Below are positions 37,273 through 45,414 of a DNA stretch of 64,000 nucleotides, in pieces. Under the pieces are notes generated by a model that saw only the letters and a program-made list of their open reading frames with translations, did no database searches and had not been told where the DNA came from. The position numbers and the translations under genes were made by a program. This DNA comes from a virus: positions 64,001-128,000 of IMG/VR virus record IMGVR_UViG_3300034103_001442; one strand, written 5' to 3'. Within the stretch, counting starts at the first letter, position 1, and every line of letters starts with the position of its first letter.

Positions 37273-37401
37273 ATGCAACCATACAAAGAAGTCATTTGGC
37301 ATTTTGTTTGTTCCAAATGCACGCTTTGGTGGAGTTTTGCAACTGATGGGGAGTGGAAACCAAAAGAATGGTTTTGCCCCCACTGCGGCACCAAACATTA
37401 A
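37273..37401 (+). CDS. 42-aa Zn-ribbon protein
   Basis: hand-translated WHFVCSKC..WWS..WFCPHCG. Confidence 0.55.
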   Translation: MQPYKEVIWHFVCSKCTLWWSFATDGEWKPKEWFCPHCGTKH

Positions 37402-37428
37402 AAGAAAGGGGGAGTTTCCTCCCCCAAT
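37400..37428. terminator. terminator between convergent genes
   Basis: GGGGGAG-TTTC-CTCCCCC hairpin, T-run on minus strand. Confidence 0.75.
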
Positions 37429-37432
37429 CTTA

Positions 37433-37906
37433 TCACTTTTCTTCGACTAAAAGTTGTGGTGAAGTTTTAATTTCGATTTTCTTCGGCTTTTTGTGTTCTG
37501 GAATAACATCAACCAGAGTCACAGTCAACATACCATTAGCAAGCACCGCAGACTCAACTTGAATTGTATCTGCTAGAGTAAACTGACGAGTAAATGCCCT
37601 GTCAGAAATACCACGGTAAACATAATGAATATCTTTGTCCACGTCAAGTCGATCGAGCGTTTCATGATTGCCTTTGATTGTCAATTTACCATCTGCGACT
37701 GAAATGTCGATGTCATTTTCAGCAAAACCAGCCACTGCGAGTTCAAGCACATACTTGTCCTCGTTCATGATTTTCTTTACATTGAATGGTGGGTAGTTGG
37801 CTTTACCGTATGCAGCAGCCTCATTGAATTGTTTCATGAGTCTGTCAGCGCCAAGAAAATAACGCTCAAATAGATCATTACCAAATACGTCTTTTACGTA
37901 TGTCAT
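37433..37906 (-). CDS. hsp20: small heat shock protein Hsp20 (IbpA-like)
   Basis: YPPFN, LELAVAGF, RGIS.RAF.RQFTL, NGML...IPE..KPKKIEI. Confidence 0.93.
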   Translation of the reverse strand: MTYVKDVFGNDLFERYFLGADRLMKQFNEAAAYGKANYPPFNVKKIMNEDKYVLELAVAGFAENDIDISVADGKLTIKGNHETLDRLDVDKDIHYVYRGISDRAFTRQFTLADTIQVESAVLANGMLTVTLVDVIPEHKKPKKIEIKTSPQLLVEEK

Positions 37907-37966
37907 ATGTTTCTCCTTTAATAAGCAAGATTGTTAGAATTGCATCCCATTTCGGCGATGCAATTC
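37907..37966 (-). promoter_or_regulatory. ROSE-like RNA thermometer leader
   Basis: AGAATTGCATC/GATGCAATTCT hairpin then CTTGCT..AGGAG pairing over SD. Confidence 0.55.
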
Positions 37967-37974
37967 TATTTATA
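37967..37974 (-). promoter_or_regulatory. T4-type late promoter TATAAATA
   Basis: exact consensus upstream of hsp20. Confidence 0.75.
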
Positions 37975-38169
37975 TCAATCTTCCTCTTTTCCCACACCGA
38001 GCATTGACAAAAATAAGTCAACAGCGACGAGGATGAAGAACGCTTTGCCGACATTCTCAAAAAACAATTCCCAGCCAGGATGAGTCCCGCCCACCACAAA
38101 CATTATTAGTGACAGTGCGAAACAAATTGTTAAAGACCAAAACCCTCTACTGATTAAGTAAATTATCAT
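37975..38169 (-). CDS. small membrane protein
   Basis: two hydrophobic segments. Confidence 0.5.
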   Translation of the reverse strand: MIIYLISRGFWSLTICFALSLIMFVVGGTHPGWELFFENVGKAFFILVAVDLFLSMLGVGKEED

Positions 38170-38425
38170 CTTGCTCCAACTCGAAAAGTTTTTCCTCCCA
38201 CTTTACGCCGATGTAATATTCAGCCACAGTGGTTAGTGATTGAAGAAACTCTAAATTGTCTTGATACTCATAATGAATATCATGCTGAGTGTTTGCCAAG
38301 TATTCTGGGTTATATTCAATTTCTTTTATCAATGATCGGTTACGTTTGCGCAATGAAGATATATCACGCAAAATCGTTTCATTGACTATTTCATCGATCA
38401 TTGATTGCTGTAGATTTACTTTCAT
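38147..38425 (-). CDS. hypothetical protein
   Basis: ORF track. Confidence 0.55.
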   Translation of the reverse strand: MKVNLQQSMIDEIVNETILRDISSLRKRNRSLIKEIEYNPEYLANTQHDIHYEYQDNLEFLQSLTTVAEYYIGVKWEEKLFELEQDDNLLNQ

Positions 38426-38549
38426 GCCTTTCCATTTCCTTTAACAAAATTTCTTCAACCAATTTATTGAAGGTGATATCGCGACGGTGAGCCTCAAGCA
38501 TTAACTGAAATAAAGTTTCGTCATCTAAATCAATTTCGATTTCTTCCAT
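38391..38549 (-). CDS. small ribbon-helix-helix-like protein
   Basis: hand-translated MEEIEIDLDDETLFQLMLEAHRRDITFNKLVEEIL; GGAGG RBS. Confidence 0.6.
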   Translation of the reverse strand: MEEIEIDLDDETLFQLMLEAHRRDITFNKLVEEILLKEMERHESKSTAINDR

Positions 38550-38730
38550 TAGCACCCTCCGCAATGCATTTAGTTATTGCTGCATACCAAGCAAGTTGCT
38601 TAATCGCCTGACGTTTGTACACTTCATACAAAAGTTTCCCTGATGGCGTTCGCTCATAGGGATCCATTTCCATAAAGAGGCAAAACTCAATGGCAACTTG
38701 ATCTATCTTTTCAGCCATTGGGTCTAACAA
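38530..38730 (-). CDS. hypothetical protein
   Basis: ORF track, AAGGAG RBS. Confidence 0.5.
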   Translation of the reverse strand: MLDPMAEKIDQVAIEFCLFMEMDPYERTPSGKLLYEVYKRQAIKQLAWYAAITKCIAEGANGRNRN

Positions 38731-38948
38731 GACTCCTTACTCCCAAAATATTTACGCAAGTCTTCATCGAGAAATTCGGCAAGTTGATTCACAGGTTCAA
38801 CTTCATGATCTCGATAAACTATATGCTGCTTGTAAAAATCATATACCTTATCGTACAAACCAGGAACATCAAAGTAAAATATTTGCCCACTGTAGATTTT
38901 GTAGGCAATTTCGTCGTTGTTGATAATTTCTGCAATATTAGATTTCAT
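38724..38948 (-). CDS. hypothetical protein
   Basis: follows TTGACT-N17-GATACT promoter (38955-38983). Confidence 0.55.
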   Translation of the reverse strand: MKSNIAEIINNDEIAYKIYSGQIFYFDVPGLYDKVYDFYKQHIVYRDHEVEPVNQLAEFLDEDLRKYFGSKESC

Positions 38949-38979
38949 ATTACAAGTATCCTGCTTCTTGATATTAAAG

Positions 38980-39651
38980 TCAAGCGGCAATCTTGGTACG
39001 TACAGCAGCCATGCGGCGGTAAGTACGAACCCACTGCTGGGCGGTCATAGTGGTGGTCTTGCGATGCATGCGGAGACCGCTAGAGCGGAACGTCTTCTTA
39101 AGGATGTCGCCAGCCTTTGCGCTCATGAATCGCGAGACCAACTTGACGAGAGTTTGACGAAAGGACAAGTCGTGATGCATATGACCCGCAACGTGAGCCA
39201 GTTCATGAAGCAACACATACATGTTGAAGCCACTAGTCGGGCAAAGAGTGATTTGACCCCATGTAGCAAGACCAGCAGTGCGGCTACGCATACCCATATC
39301 ACGCTTTTGAACCAATCGAACGTTACGGGAGCCGCTGAGTTTGGACCAAGTCTTGCTGCTGATGATGTTGTTCATCGCACGCAATGCTTCATCGTAGTCT
39401 TTGAAGTTCTTGTTAACACCACCAACCTTGGTGTAGTTACACAAAAATTCGTTCTCAGCAGTATACACCTTCGTCTTTTCGCTATCCTTGTACGCGCTAC
39501 GACCGCGACGCTTGACACGGCTGAAGCGCAGAAGATACTCATCATACTTTTTAACTTCTTCCAAAGTCCAATCCCAAGAAAGAAGTTCGTCAACGTCATT
39601 ACGAGAAATGATACTTGTGTAGATCACTTTGCTTTCCTTTTTATCAATCAT
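38980..39651 (-). CDS. HExxH zinc metallopeptidase-like protein
   Basis: KVY.AE, VLLHELAH..H...F. Confidence 0.75.
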   Translation of the reverse strand: MIDKKESKVIYTSIISRNDVDELLSWDWTLEEVKKYDEYLLRFSRVKRRGRSAYKDSEKTKVYTAENEFLCNYTKVGGVNKNFKDYDEALRAMNNIISSKTWSKLSGSRNVRLVQKRDMGMRSRTAGLATWGQITLCPTSGFNMYVLLHELAHVAGHMHHDLSFRQTLVKLVSRFMSAKAGDILKKTFRSSGLRMHRKTTTMTAQQWVRTYRRMAAVRTKIAA

Positions 39652-39657
39652 AGAACA

Positions 39658-39686
39658 AGTATATTCTATTTCAGAAAAAAAGAAAA
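39658..39686 (-). promoter_or_regulatory. phage early-type promoter
   Basis: TTTTCT-TTTTTTCTGAAATAGAA-TATACT. Confidence 0.7.
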
Positions 39687-39704
39687 GTTTTAAATTTACT
39701 TAAA

Positions 39705-39717
39705 AATCAATGACTTA
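39705..39717. promoter_or_regulatory. IHF consensus site
   Basis: AATCAATGACTTA matches WATCAANNNNTTR. Confidence 0.55.
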
Positions 39718-39722
39718 CCCAC

Positions 39723-39751
39723 TTGACTTTATTTCTCATCTTTAGTATAAT
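39723..39751 (+). promoter_or_regulatory. near-consensus sigma70 promoter pointing antisense into mazG-like gene
   Basis: TTGACT-TTATTTCTCATCTTTAG-TATAAT. Confidence 0.65.
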
Positions 39752-39768
39752 GGTTCTGTTGAGCGAAT

Positions 39769-40188
39769 TTAAAGATCTTTTATGTCACCACTGAACAAAT
39801 GGTGACTGGTTGACTTGAACAAAACGGAGTGCAAATCTGGTTCCTTGTAGTTTGGTCCCTTCATAACCTTCCCATCTTCGCGGTAGATCGGTTTACCATT
39901 TGGTCCAAGTTTGCTCATGTTGCTTCGTTGAACTTCTAGGAAACATTTGTCAAGGTTGATACCAAACGCATGACCAGCGCCATAGGTGACATACAAAATA
40001 TCGGTCAAGGCATCAGCAACGCCAACGATATCTTTTTCGCCCATTGCTTGGAAAAGTTCTTTCAACTCTTCATTGATTAATTCATAACGCAACGCTTGAG
40101 TGTCAATTGATGGAAGTTCAGGGGAAGTTTTTACCTCCTGCCCAAACTTGGTCATAAAGTCTCCAACCATTTTAAAATTACTTACCAC
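39769..40188 (-). CDS. MazG-like/PRA-PH NTP pyrophosphohydrolase
   Basis: LI.EE..EL, DAL.D..YV.YG, EV.RSNMSK, REDGKV.KG. Confidence 0.85.
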   Translation of the reverse strand: MVSNFKMVGDFMTKFGQEVKTSPELPSIDTQALRYELINEELKELFQAMGEKDIVGVADALTDILYVTYGAGHAFGINLDKCFLEVQRSNMSKLGPNGKPIYREDGKVMKGPNYKEPDLHSVLFKSTSHHLFSGDIKDL

Positions 40189-40579
40189 GGATTCTCTCCC
40201 TCAATTCAGTTGTGCTGTAGTCATGATACCTTGAAGTGTAGACGATGTCATAATGTTTGAGGTCATCGCCTGTAAATGCTCTTCCATGATAATCACCACC
40301 AATAAAACGGTAGTCAATTTTAGTCGTCAATAAAATATTGAGCAAGTCATGCTCAGTATCATATGGGATAATTTCATCAACAAACCTACAACCACGCAGT
40401 TGAACCCAACGTTCATACATACTTTGTATTGGCTTGCCCTTTGTATCTGGGCGTTCAACATTTGGGTTGGTGTGTAATCCAACAATCAGCCAGTCGCATT
40501 TTTCTTTTGCCTCAGCAAGCATTAAAACATGACCAGGATGAAATAAATCAAACGCTCCACATGTAAATCCAATTTTCAT
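40178..40579 (-). CDS. TagD-like cytidylyltransferase
   Basis: GAFDLFHPGH, LIVGL, VDEIIPY, G.DY, SST-like STTELR. Confidence 0.85.
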   Translation of the reverse strand: MKIGFTCGAFDLFHPGHVLMLAEAKEKCDWLIVGLHTNPNVERPDTKGKPIQSMYERWVQLRGCRFVDEIIPYDTEHDLLNILLTTKIDYRFIGGDYHGRAFTGDDLKHYDIVYTSRYHDYSTTELRERIRGK

Positions 40580-40722
40580 TTTATTTTACCTCGCTTACGC
40601 ATATCTTTGTATTCAGTGAATGACATCCTATATTGGGCTGATGGGTGTTTAAGGTAGTCTTGATACCAACCCTTACTGTTTCTCTTTGCTGGCGCGTTCT
40701 GCTTTTCTTCTTTTTTTAACAT
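40576..40722 (-). CDS. small basic hypothetical protein
   Basis: coupled to downstream gene. Confidence 0.4.
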   Translation of the reverse strand: MLKKEEKQNAPAKRNSKGWYQDYLKHPSAQYRMSFTEYKDMRKRGKIK

Positions 40723-41161
40723 GCTCCATCCACCTTGCATAAAGTCCTTCCTCTTTCCCATAGGCTTCAATTTCCCATGGGCTGTCATAGTAATCATCTA
40801 ATTCATCGCCAGAGTTTTTCCACAGTTTACCTTTCCAGTAGGTCTTGATAATATCCCCACGCTTGATATGGTCTTTCATCTCTCCAGTTAGCCACTGTTT
40901 GAGATGCACAACCTCATGCGCGAGAGTCTTAAACTTCGACTTCCTGTCAAGTTTGCTGTGTATTGTTATTTCGTATGTTTTTGGGCGATTTGTGTTAACA
41001 CAAGATCCTTGATCGCTCTTCATCTCTGCGAGTCTAAAGATGAGTGTAACATTATTTAGTTTTCTTTTCGAGACACCAAGTTTATGCAAGTAAAAATAGC
41101 AGGCATCAGTAACGCTCTCACGAAACTTTTTGTTCGTTCTCCCTCGGAAGGTGATTCGCAT
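40673..41161 (-). CDS. HExxH metallopeptidase-like protein (paralog A)
   Basis: LAHEVVHLKQ..W.G..DSPWEIEAYG.E. Confidence 0.8.
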   Translation of the reverse strand: MRITFRGRTNKKFRESVTDACYFYLHKLGVSKRKLNNVTLIFRLAEMKSDQGSCVNTNRPKTYEITIHSKLDRKSKFKTLAHEVVHLKQWLTGEMKDHIKRGDIIKTYWKGKLWKNSGDELDDYYDSPWEIEAYGKEEGLYARWMEHVKKRRKAERASKEKQ

Positions 41162-41203
41162 AGAGTGAACTCCAGAATTTAGAGCGTCACTCTATATATA
41201 AAA

Positions 41204-41440
41204 TCAGATCTTGTCCATATACCTCTTCATGAATTTATGCATCAGTTTGTACTGCACCATCGTAGGAACATTGAAGAATGGAGACTCGAGAACAAATGGA
41301 CATCCTTGATCCCATTTACCATACTTCATGAAGTGTGCATACTCTAACAGATGAGAGTTGTCACTTGGGTCGAATCTTACTAAATTCCTTTTCCGCTTTA
41401 AAAATGTTCCACTTGGTGTAAAGTCCAACTTCTCGACCAT
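41204..41440 (-). CDS. hypothetical protein
   Basis: FDPS..H...GCPF.LE.PF..VP; start uncertain. Confidence 0.5.
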   Translation of the reverse strand: MVEKLDFTPSGTFLKRKRNLVRFDPSDNSHLLEYAHFMKYGKWDQGCPFVLESPFFNVPTMVQYKLMHKFMKRYMDKI

Positions 41441-41858
41441 ATGCTTCAATCTCCCATGGGGAATCGAGGACTGTAATATACTCACGTTTTGTCTCCTTCC
41501 AAAGTTTACCACGCCATAAGACTGAGGGTGGCTTGCCATCTACAAACAAGTCTTTGATCTCACCTTTCGCATACTGTTTGACATGAACCATCTCATGCGC
41601 CAGTGCTCTAAATGGATCTGATTCGTTCGTATATCTCTTTTTGTCATCACGCAGGTGAATCGTGAACACGCGAGGAGGATTGACATCGTCTGCGTTTTCA
41701 CAAAACCCAGACAGATCTAATTTCTTATGCAACTTGATCAGAATTGATAGGTTGTTAACCATCCGAGGATCCATAAGTAGCAAACCGTATAGGAGAGTTG
41801 CGGACTTGTACTCATCCCTACGCTTTTTGCTACGGCATCCTGTTACGCTAATTTCCAT
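41361..41858 (-). CDS. HExxH metallopeptidase-like protein (paralog B)
   Basis: LAHEMVHVKQ..W.G..DSPWEIEAYG.E. Confidence 0.8.
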   Translation of the reverse strand: MEISVTGCRSKKRRDEYKSATLLYGLLLMDPRMVNNLSILIKLHKKLDLSGFCENADDVNPPRVFTIHLRDDKKRYTNESDPFRALAHEMVHVKQYAKGEIKDLFVDGKPPSVLWRGKLWKETKREYITVLDSPWEIEAYGREVGLYTKWNIFKAEKEFSKIRPK

Positions 41859-41869
41859 TTATGCTCCAT

Positions 41870-41948
41870 AAAAAAGTGGGCGGCAAAAGAGCGGTTCACA
41901 GAGGGATTTACCCAATTTACGAAAAACCACGGTGCTCTTTGCCGCCAT
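41870..41948 (-). ncRNA. candidate small RNA / attenuator hairpin
   Basis: GGCGGCAAAGAGC/GCTCTTTTGCCGCC stem enclosing about 41 nt, then T-run; starts just after promoter. Confidence 0.5.
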
Positions 41949-41954
41949 ACATTC

Positions 41955-41983
41955 AATATACTACAACTCAGAAATAAAGAAAA
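41955..41983 (-). promoter_or_regulatory. phage early-type promoter
   Basis: TTTTCT-TTATTTCTGAGTTGTAG-TATATT. Confidence 0.7.
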
Positions 41984-41990
41984 GGGCTCA

Positions 41991-42161
41991 CTACTTTTTT
42001 GAAATTACAACTGAGTAGTTCTCACTAGTAATATTTCTTTTTACAATGTCACTTTGTATAGATAAAGCAAACCTGTAATCGTGAGTGACCAATAAAATTT
42101 TTTTACCAACACTCACGATGTACCTTTTAGGTTGCAATGGCAACACTAACGCCTCAAGCAT
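41991..42161 (-). CDS. hypothetical protein
   Basis: coupled ORF. Confidence 0.45.
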   Translation of the reverse strand: MLEALVLPLQPKRYIVSVGKKILLVTHDYRFALSIQSDIVKRNITSENYSVVISKK

Positions 42162-42700
42162 TAATTTGCTAGTGGGTTTTCCCATGCTTGCTTAATTTTT
42201 TCATCAACTTTCTTTTCAAGTTCTTTTAATTTTTGATCCGTTTCACGTTCAATTGTTCTCAAACGTGCTGACATATCACGGTCAGTTACGCCAACAAATC
42301 CACGCACTTCTTTATCAAGTTCGCGATTACGACGATCTGCAGCATCCATATCGGCTTGGAGACTATCAATATCGCCCTTTAGGTCTGAACGAACATCGCG
42401 GATAATATCACCGCTTTCATCAACCATTACAACTGCATTATCGACGCGCTCTTCCATCTTGGTGATGCGCTCTTGGATTGCAGAAAGATCTGGTGCAACA
42501 TACTCTTGAATCTGTTGCTTCATGTCCATATAATCTTTATAGAACTCAAAGGCTCCATAAAGACCGCCCAATACTGAAGAAACAATGCCACCAGCGATCA
42601 TTAATTTTGCTGGGGTAAAACTGTACCCACCAATGCTGATGACCGTATTTGGGTCAACTGCTGCTTCTAGTTTATCTACCTTCTCGTCTAAATCGCTCAT
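42161..42700 (-). CDS. TM plus coiled-coil protein
   Basis: LGGLYGAFEFYKDY, YVAPDLS, ends ENPLAN. Confidence 0.75.
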   Translation of the reverse strand: MSDLDEKVDKLEAAVDPNTVISIGGYSFTPAKLMIAGGIVSSVLGGLYGAFEFYKDYMDMKQQIQEYVAPDLSAIQERITKMEERVDNAVVMVDESGDIIRDVRSDLKGDIDSLQADMDAADRRNRELDKEVRGFVGVTDRDMSARLRTIERETDQKLKELEKKVDEKIKQAWENPLAN

Positions 42701-42724
42701 TTGTATTGCTCCTTGTTTTATATT

Positions 42725-43168
42725 CTATCTCGTTATAATATAAGCAAATCCAAAAATTATGCCAACAAGCATAAAAAATAAAATCCCCACACAAACCATT
42801 AATGTAATTTCTTCTTGCCTGTGCGCGGCTTCAATTTCAGCGCGTCGTCTTGCTTGCGCCGCTGCTAATTCCATCTGCGCATGCATTTTCTGAAACTTCA
42901 CCCAATCATCCCATAATCCAGGTCGCCCAGCAATCAGCATATAGTCTTTAAGTTCTCTTTCCTTTTTTCGCACTTCTTCTAATGCAAAAAATTCTTCTAG
43001 TCGGCTACGCTCATTTGCAGGTGTTTCAATAACTTTCTTTTCTAACTTTCGTTTACCTTCAAAAAACTTTCCTAATTGACCTGCGCAATCACTTAATTCT
43101 CTGCCGTTAGAGACAACCTCCTTGATAACCGCATATGCAGCATTGATTGCTGCGAGTTCTGCTAACAT
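42725..43168 (-). CDS. hypothetical protein with C-terminal TM
   Basis: MLAELAA.NAAY.VIK..NG.EL..GRPGLW.DW..FQ. Confidence 0.75.
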   Translation of the reverse strand: MLAELAAINAAYAVIKEVVSNGRELSDCAGQLGKFFEGKRKLEKKVIETPANERSRLEEFFALEEVRKKERELKDYMLIAGRPGLWDDWVKFQKMHAQMELAAAQARRRAEIEAAHRQEEITLMVCVGILFFMLVGIIFGFAYIITR

Positions 43169-45414
43169 TACTTGTACTGCTCTTCGACCATCTTTTTATA
43201 TGTGTCAGTGTTTCCTTTTTCGAGAAAATATGAACCGCGAACATTATCTTTGTAGACAACGTTCTTGTATATATCTTCTGGTTTATAAAACGGCACATCT
43301 TGAAGTCTTTGCGACAAATAAGAACTCACATCTGCATCCACTGCAATTGCTGATACAATACCTGATTGATCAGCGTCCATGTAGTTTGCATTAATTGCAT
43401 CTTGTTGTTCTTTGTTCGCAGCAACTACTTGCTCGGCACGAACTTCAGCATCAGACTTTTCAATTGGTTTTAACACACCAATAATTTCAAGATTCATCAT
43501 GCTTGGTGGTTGATTAAACGTATTTGCCACGGCAAGTGCTGGATCAATCAATGCATTTGTTGTCTCGGCATCTTTTGCAGACTCATCATCAAACTTTTGC
43601 TCTGATGATGCAACAGCCGCAGCAACGATGTTTAGTGCTTCAGCCTCTTGAGCCTCTGCCGTTACTGTTTGATCAGCATTCTCAGCCATCATTTCTTTAC
43701 CAACATCAAAACTTATTTCAGCAGATGCTTCTGCTTGTAACGTTGCTTCGGCAACTACGGTTTCGGTTGTTGTTTCGATCGCTTCAGCCACGACAGTTGA
43801 TTCTTGTACCTGCGCTTCTTCAGCCGCTACAGTTTCTTCTGATTGGACTGATGTGCTTGAAGAGTCACTAGCAACCATTGATGCTTCGGCTGCGGTGGCT
43901 GATATTGTCTCAGCCTCTGCGACGGATTCATTTGCAGATGCTTCCGTTCCAGCAAGAGTTGCAGCCAATGCTTCTTGCCCCAACGCTCTACCTGTTTCCA
44001 AAAGTTCAGCAGAGGCATCACCTTCATTTGATGCCAAAGCAACTTCTTCGTTTGCTGTTTCGCTTGATGACGCTGCCTCAGCAACTGCAGTTTCAGAAGT
44101 TTCATTTGCAGTTTTTGATGATGAAGAAGATGCAGTAGTTGATGTTGTTTCGCCAGCAACGCTTCCTGCAGTAGTTACATCAGCAGCAATTGATAGCGCA
44201 GCCTCAAGAACATCTTTTGAAATTGAGTCAGATAGTACTGATGCCTTTTCTTCGTTTTCTAATGTCTTGGCTACAGCAACAGTTTCAACAACTTCCTCTT
44301 CATCATCAATTGTTTCTTCATCAGCAAGCAACTCTTCAAGATCTTCATCAATCATTTCTTCATCAGCAATTTCTTCAGCGACAAGAACTTCTTCTGCGAC
44401 TGAATCGTCTACTGTTTCTTCTTCGTCTTCGGTAAATGCATCTGAACCGTCATCTGAACCACTGTCAAATCCAGTATCAGCAAGCATTTCTTCATCAATG
44501 GCGTCACTTGTTATACTGTCAATAATACAAGTTGGATCAGTTGGGTCAGTGGCGCAATCGACTTCAGCAACAGATGGTGGTATATTACTACCGAATGAGC
44601 AACTTTTAACAACACCACCAATTGGATCACTACCCCAGTCGCCATTAGTACAAGCATACGTTCCTGCTTGAAATTCTTGATAGATGTAAACACCATCAGC
44701 ACCATATCTTACAACACCTGGTTCGGTGAGTGTAAACAATTCATTTTCACCAGCCAATCTTTCCCAATATAAAAAATCTGTTGGAGGTGGTGCCGCAGCA
44801 TATGTTAAACTTAAATCAAGACTTCTAACTTGCGGACCATAGTAGCCAGCCCAAAATCTATCATCTTTACCTGTAAAACTAATTTGTATTCGACCAATTT
44901 CAGATATATCGTATGGATTGGTAAAACTTATTTCACCGCCAAATAATGTCCAACCATTTGTGGTTTGTCCTAATTGAAAATTAAAATCTTCTAGGATATT
45001 GTTGTTTGGGTCATAAAATTTAATGGCTGCGGACAACGTACCCCTGCTAAACTCTTGGTTGAAATATTCCCAACTATATTTGAAACTGTTTATTTGAGTT
45101 CCGTTTCCTGGAAACTCACTTGTATCAAATAAGTTGTAATTTACTGTGCCCTGCGCATAACCAAATATAAAAGTTCCTGTTTGACCGTTGTACCCAGGAA
45201 TATTTCCGCCAGAAAATCCACCACCACTTGAATTGGTATTAACGAATCCAGTCCAAGTATAATTTGTTCCCTGTGGTGGAGGGTTCAATGTAGTATAAAT
45301 TAAATTCTCAGTTTCACCAGTAGGAGGTGATGCTGGAATGTATGGACCAGGAGTGTACTCCTGCGCGAACGCAGGAGCCACTGCTAATAAAAGTAGAGCG
45401 AGAAGTCGCTTCAT
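43168..45414 (-). CDS. large acidic exported protein with lectin-like module
   Basis: signal peptide AFA-Q; GKDDRFWAGYYGP beta domain; CTN..WG.DP..GVVKSC module; long E/D/A/S/T region. Confidence 0.8.
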   Translation of the reverse strand: MKRLLALLLLAVAPAFAQEYTPGPYIPASPPTGETENLIYTTLNPPPQGTNYTWTGFVNTNSSGGGFSGGNIPGYNGQTGTFIFGYAQGTVNYNLFDTSEFPGNGTQINSFKYSWEYFNQEFSRGTLSAAIKFYDPNNNILEDFNFQLGQTTNGWTLFGGEISFTNPYDISEIGRIQISFTGKDDRFWAGYYGPQVRSLDLSLTYAAAPPPTDFLYWERLAGENELFTLTEPGVVRYGADGVYIYQEFQAGTYACTNGDWGSDPIGGVVKSCSFGSNIPPSVAEVDCATDPTDPTCIIDSITSDAIDEEMLADTGFDSGSDDGSDAFTEDEEETVDDSVAEEVLVAEEIADEEMIDEDLEELLADEETIDDEEEVVETVAVAKTLENEEKASVLSDSISKDVLEAALSIAADVTTAGSVAGETTSTTASSSSSKTANETSETAVAEAASSSETANEEVALASNEGDASAELLETGRALGQEALAATLAGTEASANESVAEAETISATAAEASMVASDSSSTSVQSEETVAAEEAQVQESTVVAEAIETTTETVVAEATLQAEASAEISFDVGKEMMAENADQTVTAEAQEAEALNIVAAAVASSEQKFDDESAKDAETTNALIDPALAVANTFNQPPSMMNLEIIGVLKPIEKSDAEVRAEQVVAANKEQQDAINANYMDADQSGIVSAIAVDADVSSYLSQRLQDVPFYKPEDIYKNVVYKDNVRGSYFLEKGNTDTYKKMVEEQYK

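Noticed and set aside
38917-39693. 258-aa + strand ORF
   Set aside because: fully antisense to an HExxH gene that has its own promoter; no motifs
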